A DNA stretch of 64,000 bases from Bacteroidota bacterium (GTDB lineage Bacteria; Bacteroidota; Bacteroidia; 2-12-FULL-35-15), in NCBI GenBank assembly GCA_021323165.1, contig JAJTCJ010000026.1, forward strand, positions 1,804-65,803. The letters are read 5' to 3'. The notes beneath the pieces were generated by a model. The model was not told where the DNA came from. It saw only the letters and a list, made by a program, of their open reading frames with translations, and did not search any database. Positions 56,922 through 64,000 of the stretch are shown one piece after another. Within the stretch, counting starts at the first letter, position 1. Every line of letters starts with the position of its first letter. The position numbers were made by a program, and so were the translations under genes.

Positions 56922-58145
56922 TTACTCAGCAATTATATTTTTATCTCTTCTGAAAAGCAGGTAAGCTATCACTGTTGAAACGCCTATTGCAGCGAAGAGA
57001 AATGTCGCGGAAGGACTTATCATAACCCATATCAATCCGGCAAGTGAACTTGAGATCATTGCCATGATACTGTTCCAGCTTGCATAGAAACCGATGGCTG
57101 TAGCAGTTTCAGTTTTGGGAACAAGATTAGTAAGCCAGGCTTTAGAAACTCCATCGGTGGCTGCAGCGTAAATACCATAGATGAAGAATAAGCTGTACAT
57201 CATCAATTCATTCTGAAGGAAAGCCATTCCTGTATAAACTATTACAAAAAGTATCAATCCGAAAATAAATGTTGGCTTCATCGCGATCTTATCAGCCATC
57301 ACTCCCAAAGGGTAAGCAAACACGGCATACACGAGATTATAGAATACATAAACAGCGATCACATGCGTATCATCCATTCCGGCAGTTTTAGCCATCAGCA
57401 GCAGGAAAACATCAGAGCTGTTGAAAAAAGTAAAAAGCAATAATCCGGTGACAAGCTTTTTATATTCAGGTGAAGCAACCTTCCAGTATTTAAAGAAAGA
57501 AAAGAAATTTCCTTTTTTTAAATTGATAACCGCTTCTCTCTTTTTTTCTTTAATAATGAATGTAAGAGCAACAACAGCAAGTCCTGGAATAAAGGTGAGA
57601 AGAAATAAGGTTTTATATTGTCCGGGATAATAATACAAAAACAGTAATGCCAGGATTGGTCCGATAACTGCGCCAACAGTATCCATTGAACGGTGTAATC
57701 CGAAAACCTTTCCTTTATTTTCTTTTGAGCATTCATCAGAAAGCATTGCATCCCGGGCACCTGTTCTCAAGCCTTTTCCAAGCCTGTCACCTATTCTCAT
57801 AAACAACACCCAAACCGGATAAGCAAAAAGGGCCATCAAAGGTTTTGATACTGCACTTAAAGAATAACCCCATTGAACAAAAGGTAAACGCCTGCCTTTT
57901 TCATCGGATAATTTTCCGAAATAACCTTTGGAAATTCCCGCAACAGCTTCTGCAATACCTTCCAAAATTCCAATCCATAGCGCTGTGAATCCAATAGATT
58001 TAAGATAGATCGGCATAACAGGAATCAGGATCTCGCTGCCAATGTCATTGAACAGGCTGACAAAAGAAAGCACCCAGATAGTCCGCGTGAAGATCTTCAC
58101 TCTGATCCCTGATGATGAATTCTGGTCGATCTCCCTTTCAGCCAT
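56922..58145 (-). CDS. MFS transporter
   Basis: There are 12 predicted TM segments. The MFS loop motif is 'GKLSDEKGRR', and the protein is 407 aa. Confidence 0.75.
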   Translation of the reverse strand: MAEREIDQNSSSGIRVKIFTRTIWVLSFVSLFNDIGSEILIPVMPIYLKSIGFTALWIGILEGIAEAVAGISKGYFGKLSDEKGRRLPFVQWGYSLSAVSKPLMALFAYPVWVLFMRIGDRLGKGLRTGARDAMLSDECSKENKGKVFGLHRSMDTVGAVIGPILALLFLYYYPGQYKTLFLLTFIPGLAVVALTFIIKEKKREAVINLKKGNFFSFFKYWKVASPEYKKLVTGLLLFTFFNSSDVFLLLMAKTAGMDDTHVIAVYVFYNLVYAVFAYPLGVMADKIAMKPTFIFGLILFVIVYTGMAFLQNELMMYSLFFIYGIYAAATDGVSKAWLTNLVPKTETATAIGFYASWNSIMAMISSSLAGLIWVMISPSATFLFAAIGVSTVIAYLLFRRDKNIIAE

Positions 58146-58147
58146 AA

Positions 58148-59779
58148 TTATTTAACGAGAACAGAAATTGGTTTACCTGTGCATCCGTTTGGAAACTGAA
58201 TATTCAGCATCATCGCTAAAGTAGCAGCAATATCAGTGATGTTCACCTGATCAGCATTACTACCATGACTAACATTCCATCCGTAAAATATCAATGGAAC
58301 ATGGGTATCATAACTATAAGGAGAACCATGAGTTGTACCTGTGTGATGATAATCAACCCAGGCAGGAAGATAATTGATAAGTACATCTCCGGAACGTTTT
58401 ACGTTGTAACCGTTCTGCATCAGGTAACGTGCTCCTTCAGTGTATGAAGAAGAATTCATAGTAATTGCAGTCTGGGTTTCAGCCACTCCTTCAAACCCTG
58501 ATAAAAAAGCAGCAGCAACTTCCTGTATCTCTTTTAAGAATAATTTTTTCTCTTCTATCACTTTATGATTTAAGAATACCTGTTGATTAGACATAGAGAG
58601 TACGAGTGTATCGCCATACATTTTCTTTAAAAAGTTTTTTAACTCATAGTTCATCTTTCCTTCATCCACATATCCGGCAGGAATTTTCAGGCTTTTTAAA
58701 TATGCCGGAACTTCCGGTGCTGCATGATCAGCTGTAAGAAATACAAGTACGTTTTCTTTTCCTAACTGAGTGTCAAGGAATTTAAGAAGCTCAGCCATCT
58801 CTTTATCTAACCTGATGTAATCATCTTCCTGTTCAACGGAATTAGGTCCCCAGGTATGACCTATATAATCAGGAGAAGAAAAAGAAATAGCAAGAAAATC
58901 TGTTGCACCCGATCTTCCCATGTTCTCATTTTTTATCACTTCGATTGCGAAATCTTTCGTGAGTGTATTTCCAAAAGGAGTACTTCTTATCAGGTTTAAT
59001 CCGCCATTGGCCGCCATAAGTTTTGGAAGATCATGTGGAAATACAGGGCCGGTCTCGCCTTTCAGATATCCTTCAAAATTATTATTATCCTGGATACTCT
59101 CGGTATACTGATCGATCGGTAATAAAGTATTCCATGGCTGAAACAGGTATTTTTTTGCAAGTTCTTTCTTGTTGAACTCCTGAACCCAGCTTGGTAATTC
59201 TTTCATATAGTAAGTGCTCGAAATAAAAGCTCCGTTAGATCCGTCATACCAATAAGCAGCATTTGCAGTATGTCCGGCAGGCATGATCGCACTTCTGTCT
59301 TTTAATGCAATACCAATCACCTTTGATTTAAGGTTTGATGAGATACGAAGCTCATCCGTGATCGTAGTGGTAAGATTATTAACCGGTGAACGTTTCCCTT
59401 CACCTGAGGTTGTCCCTACTCCATTCACAGCCTGATCTTCCGCGCAATACATATATTTTCCTGTTTGTTTATCAAACCATTCATTGGCGATGATTCCATG
59501 CACAGAAGGCGTGGTTCCTGTATAAACAGATGCATGTCCGGGGCCTGTATAAGTCGGGACATAATTGAAATTCGTATTCCTGCAGAAAAAGCCTTCATTC
59601 ACAAGACGCTTAAAACCATCATTACCGAATTTATCCCAATAACGATATATGTAATCATAACGCATCTGATCCACTACAATTCCGACAACCAGTTTCGGTT
59701 TTACAGGTACTGCAGGGATCTTCTCTGCGAACAGGTTTAATGACAATAATCCTAAAACAAAGCTTAATTTAAATTTCAT
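58148..59779 (-). CDS. alkaline phosphatase/type I phosphodiesterase-nucleotide pyrophosphatase family protein (PafA-like), secreted
   Basis: The signal peptide is 'MKFKLSFVLGLLSLNLFA', and the metal site is 'VVGIVVDQMRYDY...TYTGPGHASVYTG'. The start is set at the internal Met 59779. Confidence 0.7.
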   Translation of the reverse strand: MKFKLSFVLGLLSLNLFAEKIPAVPVKPKLVVGIVVDQMRYDYIYRYWDKFGNDGFKRLVNEGFFCRNTNFNYVPTYTGPGHASVYTGTTPSVHGIIANEWFDKQTGKYMYCAEDQAVNGVGTTSGEGKRSPVNNLTTTITDELRISSNLKSKVIGIALKDRSAIMPAGHTANAAYWYDGSNGAFISSTYYMKELPSWVQEFNKKELAKKYLFQPWNTLLPIDQYTESIQDNNNFEGYLKGETGPVFPHDLPKLMAANGGLNLIRSTPFGNTLTKDFAIEVIKNENMGRSGATDFLAISFSSPDYIGHTWGPNSVEQEDDYIRLDKEMAELLKFLDTQLGKENVLVFLTADHAAPEVPAYLKSLKIPAGYVDEGKMNYELKNFLKKMYGDTLVLSMSNQQVFLNHKVIEEKKLFLKEIQEVAAAFLSGFEGVAETQTAITMNSSSYTEGARYLMQNGYNVKRSGDVLINYLPAWVDYHHTGTTHGSPYSYDTHVPLIFYGWNVSHGSNADQVNITDIAATLAMMLNIQFPNGCTGKPISVLVK

Positions 59780-59913
59780 AGTATTTATTTTGTTTATAAT
59801 TCTCTTATCGAAGTAGAATTTGTGAGTTGTCTTGTTGAGCCTGTCGAACATGTGGGCCGGCTGACACACACTCTTCGACTCCGCTCAGAGTGACAACCCA
59901 CTCATTCACACAG

Positions 59914-59947
59914 AACTTTGCGCCTTTGCGCCTTCTTGGTAAAAAAG
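59914..59947 (+). repeat. repeat 'AACTTTGCGCCTTTGCGCCTTCTTGGTAAAAAAG'
   Basis: It is similar to 36203..36233. Confidence 0.5.
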
Positions 59948-60020
59948 CCTTCGCACTTTCTCGATACATTTTTCCGAAAAGGAAAAACACTCGAAATGAC
60001 AACACACAATAAACACATCT

Positions 60021-60075
60021 CTTAGTGAGAAGCGAAGCTTCCTTTTCTTCGTCCTTAGTGACCTAGTGGTAAAAT
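60021..60075 (-). repeat. inverted copy of the 'ACCACTAAGGCACTAAG...GAAGCTTCGCTTCT..CACTAAG' repeat
   Basis: Its reverse complement 'ATTTTACCACTAGGTCACTAAGGACGAAGAAAAGGAAGCTTCGCTTCTCACTAAG' matches 36111..36164. Confidence 0.6.
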
Positions 60076-61068
60076 CTAAAATTCTTTTTCACTCTCCACT
60101 CCAAATAACTTTCCTTTTTTCCAAAGCTTCAATTCTGACTTCAGAGCTTTACTATTGCTTTTAGTTAACTCAGCAGGATCAAGGCTGCTAAGATCCGGTT
60201 TGCCTGCATTTACCCAGGCTGTATACCACATATCCGACACTGCAGAAATGGATGCTCTCATCTGTTTTTCAACCATACCATTCAAAGCAATATGCAGCTG
60301 CCTGGTGTATTCATCAGAGTAAATAGACTGATTGTATTTACTCTTCACTACTTTACCGGAGGCATCAGTTTTAAACAATTTATTTTCCGGTGTACTTGTT
60401 CTTAATGCTTTATCAATGATCAATAACGTATCCTTTAACTTATGAGAATTAAAAATTATATTCCATATCTCTTTATTTACATCTTCGATATATTTTGCTT
60501 CTCTTGTATTATAGTTATAATCTTTCCCGAAGACCTCAGGCATTTTTGATTCCCACAGAGCATGAATACCTTTCTGATCAGTCAGCTGACCGTCATAATT
60601 TGCAGAAGTATGCAGCGGCATATGTGCATCCCCAACATAATGCCCGATATCAGCACACAGGAAAAGAATCTCTGTCTTTCTTTTTTCTTTAAACGCTTTT
60701 GTTAATTTCTCCATAAGATCCTGAAGGTACCAGGGAAGGATACCATTAGACTGAAGAAATTTCTCATCGTATCTCTTTTTTGTCTCTTCCATATTTTTTG
60801 GAAGACTGTCGATCTTACCGAAATTTTCCAGGTCTACAAAATGCCTCGGATTCTCTGACTTATCACTTAATACGTACTTGCGAAGATCAGGTACAGTAGA
60901 TTCTATAGTAATAAAATCAATATGGTTATAAAAGAACGGACGTATTGATTCGGGCAGACTAAATACAGAAGCACGGTTAATATGCTCATGCCCGAACGTT
61001 CCCCAGGAAATAAAAAATGCTGCAACAGTCGTCACACACAAAAAGCTGATCAATTTTAATTTGTTCAT
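60076..61068 (-). CDS. S1/P1 nuclease-like zinc-dependent nuclease (secreted)
   Basis: The signal peptide is 'MNKLKLISFLCV'. 'WGTFGHEHIN' and 'HYVGDAHMPLH' are the S1/P1 metal-site motifs. The start is set at Met 61068, 20 nt after the crcB stop. Confidence 0.65.
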   Translation of the reverse strand: MNKLKLISFLCVTTVAAFFISWGTFGHEHINRASVFSLPESIRPFFYNHIDFITIESTVPDLRKYVLSDKSENPRHFVDLENFGKIDSLPKNMEETKKRYDEKFLQSNGILPWYLQDLMEKLTKAFKEKRKTEILFLCADIGHYVGDAHMPLHTSANYDGQLTDQKGIHALWESKMPEVFGKDYNYNTREAKYIEDVNKEIWNIIFNSHKLKDTLLIIDKALRTSTPENKLFKTDASGKVVKSKYNQSIYSDEYTRQLHIALNGMVEKQMRASISAVSDMWYTAWVNAGKPDLSSLDPAELTKSNSKALKSELKLWKKGKLFGVESEKEF

Positions 61069-61088
61069 TGTATTTATTTTTTGTTTCA

Positions 61089-61457
61089 CTAATAAGTTTG
61101 CCTTGTAAAGAACCAGATGATCGCCATGCAGGTGATCACACTCAATAAGATATTTATAAATGCCAGCATTGTATTTCCTGAACGCATTAATTCTACTGTT
61201 TCGTAGCTGAATGTTGAAAATGTGCTGAAACCACCACAAAACCCAATCAGGATCAAGGTTTTTAAGGATGCATTCGCACCAATCTTTTCGCTAAAATAGC
61301 CGATAGTGAGAGCAAGGATCAGGCAGCTTAATACATTTGAACAAAACGTTGCCAAAGGAAAAGATGCCCTGAATCTTAATTTAACAAACTCAGATATCCC
61401 ATACCTTGCAATACTGCCGGCTCCTCCACCTAAAAAAACTAATAGCAGATTGTTCAT
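61089..61457 (-). CDS. crcB: fluoride ion channel CrcB/Fluc
   Basis: 'LLVFLGGGAGSIARYGIS...GFCGGFSTFSTFSYE' is the CrcB signature, and the protein is 122 aa. Confidence 0.8.
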   Translation of the reverse strand: MNNLLLVFLGGGAGSIARYGISEFVKLRFRASFPLATFCSNVLSCLILALTIGYFSEKIGANASLKTLILIGFCGGFSTFSTFSYETVELMRSGNTMLAFINILLSVITCMAIIWFFTRQTY

Positions 61458-62032
61458 GTTGTTTTATATAATTTTTTTTCCCCCAGAACAAATAATTTAT
61501 ACACTGCAATTCCGATTCCCATCCCAACAATCGCACCAACAGCTACATCCGCAGGATAATGAACTCCGTTATAAATCCTGCTGTATGAAACAAATATCGC
61601 CCACATGAAGATCAGTGGAGTAAAGTTTTTTATTTTGTTTTTAAAGATAAGGCTCAGGAACATTGCAAGCGCGAATGTATTTGCTGCATGAGAAGAAATA
61701 AAACCATAGATTCCTCCGCGTCCGTCATTCAAATGAACTTTTGATTCAATGTTAAGATTTGCATAAGGACGGTAACGAAGAAACACATTTTTAAAAGCAT
61801 GAACAGAGATCTGATCAGACAGAACAATTACCAAAACAGCAGCCAGGATCACCAACCAGACCTTGTTGCCAAAATGTTTCCATGAAAGATAAAGGAAAAA
61901 TGCATAAAGCGGGATCCAGAAAAACTTATGACTTACCCAAAACATTATCGTATCAAAAAAAGAATTGTGCTTGCTGTTAAAGAACAGAAAGAGTTCAGTA
62001 TCTAATTCTTTTATTGTATTGATGATATCCAT
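61454..62032 (-). CDS. PAP2-family phosphatase (membrane)
   Basis: 'FISSHAANTFALAMF' together with 'SRIYNGVHYPADV' are the PAP2 motifs. It overlaps crcB by 4 nt (ATGA). Confidence 0.75.
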   Translation of the reverse strand: MDIINTIKELDTELFLFFNSKHNSFFDTIMFWVSHKFFWIPLYAFFLYLSWKHFGNKVWLVILAAVLVIVLSDQISVHAFKNVFLRYRPYANLNIESKVHLNDGRGGIYGFISSHAANTFALAMFLSLIFKNKIKNFTPLIFMWAIFVSYSRIYNGVHYPADVAVGAIVGMGIGIAVYKLFVLGEKKLYKTT

Positions 62033-62072
62033 TTGGGTGTTGTCATGTTAGGACATCCGCACTTATTGATTA

Positions 62073-63098
62073 TTAATAATCAAAACTGTTCTCTTTGCTG
62101 TTCAGCTGTTTCCAGATCTCATCCTTCAGTTCAACAATACCTTGTCCGGATTGCGCAGAAATATAATGAAGAGGAACTGTTTTATCCTTGAATCTTTTCT
62201 TCAGATCTTTTTTTAATTCCCCAAGTAATTCATCGTCCATCATGTCGCATTTGGAAATTGCAACGATTCGTTTTTTATGAAGCAGCTCAGGATTAAACTG
62301 ATCAAGCTCATTAAGAAGGATCTTGTATTCTTTTACAATATCATCAGAATCAGCAGGAATTAAAAATAGCAAAGTTGAGTTACGTTCTATATGTCTCAGA
62401 AAGCGCAGACCAATACCTTTTCCTTCGTGAGCCCCTTCAATGATACCGGGAATATCCGCCATTACAAAAGATTTATAATCGCGGTACTGAACAATTCCCA
62501 GGTTAGGAACAAGCGTTGTAAACGGATAATTAGCTATCTCAGGTTTTGCTGCGGAAACAACAGATAATAAGGTTGACTTACCCGCATTTGGAAAACCAAC
62601 AAGACCAACATCCGCAAGAACTTTCAACTCGAGTATCTTCCACTCTACCAATCCGTCTTCACCTGGCTGTGCATAACGTGGAGTCTGATTCGTGGAAGAT
62701 TTAAAATGATCATTTCCCAAACCACCACGGCCTCCAGGTACAATAATAAGTTCCTGTCCGTCTTCAGAGATCTCCCCTTCTATTTCTCCTGTCTCAGCAT
62801 CTTTAATGATAGTTCCCAAAGGCACTTCAAGGATCTCATCCTTCCCTTCTTTTCCCGTCATCCGGGCACTTCCGCCACTTCCACCATCTTCAGCAATAAC
62901 ATGCTTGCGATATTTTAAGTGGATCAGTGTCCAGAACTGCTTATTCCCACGTAAGATTATGTGTCCGCCCCTTCCGCCATCACCACCATCAGGACCGCCT
63001 TTAGATGTCAGCTTACTTCTGTGCAAATGAACAGAACCTCCGCCACCTTTACCGGAGCGACAACATATCTTTACATAATCAACAAAATTTGTATCCAT
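62073..63098 (-). CDS. obg: GTPase Obg/CgtA
   Basis: The Gly-rich N-domain '[21 protein letters not shown]' leads into the G-domain, 'GFPNAGKST' (G1) and 'DIPG' (G3). Confidence 0.9.
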   Translation of the reverse strand: MDTNFVDYVKICCRSGKGGGGSVHLHRSKLTSKGGPDGGDGGRGGHIILRGNKQFWTLIHLKYRKHVIAEDGGSGGSARMTGKEGKDEILEVPLGTIIKDAETGEIEGEISEDGQELIIVPGGRGGLGNDHFKSSTNQTPRYAQPGEDGLVEWKILELKVLADVGLVGFPNAGKSTLLSVVSAAKPEIANYPFTTLVPNLGIVQYRDYKSFVMADIPGIIEGAHEGKGIGLRFLRHIERNSTLLFLIPADSDDIVKEYKILLNELDQFNPELLHKKRIVAISKCDMMDDELLGELKKDLKKRFKDKTVPLHYISAQSGQGIVELKDEIWKQLNSKENSFDY

Positions 63099-63206
63099 AC
63101 CAACTTACTAATAACGAATCTATACTAATTTACGAATAACGAATCTTGACTATAAATAGCGTAGGTCATCCTGAACTTGTTTCAGAATCTGCGCGTGGAC
63201 CTATAA

Positions 63207-64000
63207 TTATCTTCTTTTCTTCCCGCCTTTTTTAACTGCTTTTTTCGGAGAAGTTTTTTTAGCTGCTTTCTTAGGTGTTACTTTTTTAACAACCTTTTTA
63301 GCTGATACTTTCTTTACAGCTTTTCTAATCATCTTCTTAGCACTTGCTTTTTTTACAATCTTTTTTACTGTTTTTTTTGCAGGCACTTTTTTAGCGATCT
63401 TCTTTACTACTTTCTTTATAGTTTTTTTAGCTGCAGGTTTTCTTGAAGTCACTTTCCCGCCTTTACGGCCGGCAGGCTTAACTACTTTTTTTGCAGAAGC
63501 CTTTTTAGCAGATACCTTCTTCATTGATTTTTTTGCAACAGGCTTCTTTGCAGCAGCTTTTTTAGCAGCGATCTGTTTAGCAGCAGGCTTCTTTTTCGAT
63601 GCAGCCGGACGTGCAGCTTTGGCAGCAGTCTTTACTTTCTTTTTTGCAATGACTTTTTTAGCAGCAGGTTTTACCTGAGCTTTACCTGCAGGCTTCACTA
63701 TTTTTTTTGCTGCAGGTTTCTGAGCAGCTTTCACTCTTTCAGGAGCTGCCTTACCTACTTTAGTGCGTGTTTTTGATTTATCTTCAGTCTTTTCGTCACC
63801 TGAAAAAACATTCTTTACCATATCAACAACTTTAGCTACAATACCTTCAGATTTTTCAGGTTCAGTAGTCTTTGGTGTTTTTTCGCTTTGAGTGAAATTG
63901 ATCGCATTACATAATCCTTCGAAGATCTCATCAATAGTTCCGATCCCATGAACAGAACGATATTTATTCTGAGCCATATAGTAATCTCTCAAAGGAGCAG
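63207..64000 (-). CDS. adk: adenylate kinase (C-terminal part; 5' end lies beyond the window) fused to a ~200-aa histone-H1-like Lys/Ala/Pro-rich tail
   Basis: The frame stays open to nt 64000. The first residues 'APLRDYYMAQNKYRSVHGIGTIDEIFEGLCNAI' match the Adk C-terminus. The protein then continues into '(KPAAKK/AKKV)n' repeats with no stop. Confidence 0.65.
   Translation of the reverse strand, partial: APLRDYYMAQNKYRSVHGIGTIDEIFEGLCNAINFTQSEKTPKTTEPEKSEGIVAKVVDMVKNVFSGDEKTEDKSKTRTKVGKAAPERVKAAQKPAAKKIVKPAGKAQVKPAAKKVIAKKKVKTAAKAARPAASKKKPAAKQIAAKKAAAKKPVAKKSMKKVSAKKASAKKVVKPAGRKGGKVTSRKPAAKKTIKKVVKKIAKKVPAKKTVKKIVKKASAKKMIRKAVKKVSAKKVVKKVTPKKAAKKTSPKKAVKKGGKKRR

Noticed and set aside
61458-62072. 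Fluoride (crcB-motif) riboswitch upstream of crcB
   Set aside because: crcB starts inside the preceding PAP2 gene (4-nt overlap), and the next spacer is only 40 nt. There is no space for the roughly 60-nt aptamer.
63250-63760. Simple-sequence or tandem repeat 'AAAAAAGC/TTTTTTGC' region
   Set aside because: It is the coding sequence of the Lys/Ala-rich tail (KPAAKK repeats) of the adk-fused ORF, not a non-coding microsatellite.
1-64000. tRNA, rRNA or tmRNA genes in the intergenic spacers
   Set aside because: By eye, no T-loop-like GTTCGAATC or GGTTCGA motifs with matching acceptor stems appear in any spacer. This is not exhaustive, and a tRNAscan or Infernal run is needed to be sure.

Overview
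This 64-kb window looks like chromosomal DNA from a Bacteroidota genome. The evidence is T9SS type-A and type-B C-terminal sorting domains, SprB-repeat/PorP-SprF genes, TAnnTTTG -7 promoter boxes and A+T-rich sequence. It is gene dense, with about 52 protein genes and no rRNA, tRNA or CRISPR array.

Gene content, in order:
- The window opens with two adjacent T9SS-secreted cell-wall hydrolases, an Amidase_2/PGRP amidase (5' partial) and a GH18. They share a duplicated CUB-like domain plus a ~300-aa module, and a secreted LRR protein follows.
- Next is a 2159-aa SprB-like adhesin with about 20 SprB repeats, 7 PKD domains and a type-B CTD.
- A minus-strand operon follows: TPR lipoprotein, mini SprB-repeat/type-B CTD protein, PorP/SprF and mtgA. 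purL comes next on the same strand.
- Then come an APC amino-acid permease, an SDR, an amidohydrolase, a GxxExxY (PD-(D/E)XK) gene bounded by inverted repeat arms, and an OMP.
- A disrupted CAP-domain gene sits beside a MITE-like hairpin.
- A DUF1801/DUF1697/DUF1801 trio is followed by a YkuD_2 L,D-transpeptidase-like gene and an 854-aa tandem CbbX/SpoVK AAA+ ATPase with a duplicated N-terminal domain.
- Housekeeping and metabolic genes present include NMO, acyl-CoA ligase, SIMPL, Amj, GNAT, fructosamine kinase, O-methyltransferase, ltaE, FMN reductase, MFS, alkaline phosphatase, an S1/P1 nuclease-crcB-PAP2 cluster and obg.
- Two paralogous TPR/beta-propeller/SPOR proteins converge on a YwbE gene.
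- A visibly A+T-rich block of hypothetical secreted proteins ends in a PP2C phosphatase.
- At the 3' edge is an adenylate kinase (5' partial) fused to a histone-H1-like Lys/Ala-rich tail.

Most notable non-genic or unusual signals:
- A family of 'TTTACCACGGAGGCACAGAGAACAC' repeats occurs as inverted pairs. One pair is empty and one exactly brackets the GxxExxY gene. The arms donate in-frame codons (signal peptide 'SVKLCVLCASVV', C-terminus 'HGGTENTKKHGDK') to the flanking genes.
- Related 'ACCACTAAGGCACTAAG' repeats occur at two distant intergenic sites.
- A 790-bp gene is flanked by 17-bp inverted repeats.
- Three genes (CAP, acyl-CoA ligase, TMTC-like TPR membrane protein) each carry a short internal deletion with a frame change.

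All domain calls come from motif recognition in the supplied translations. No database search was run.
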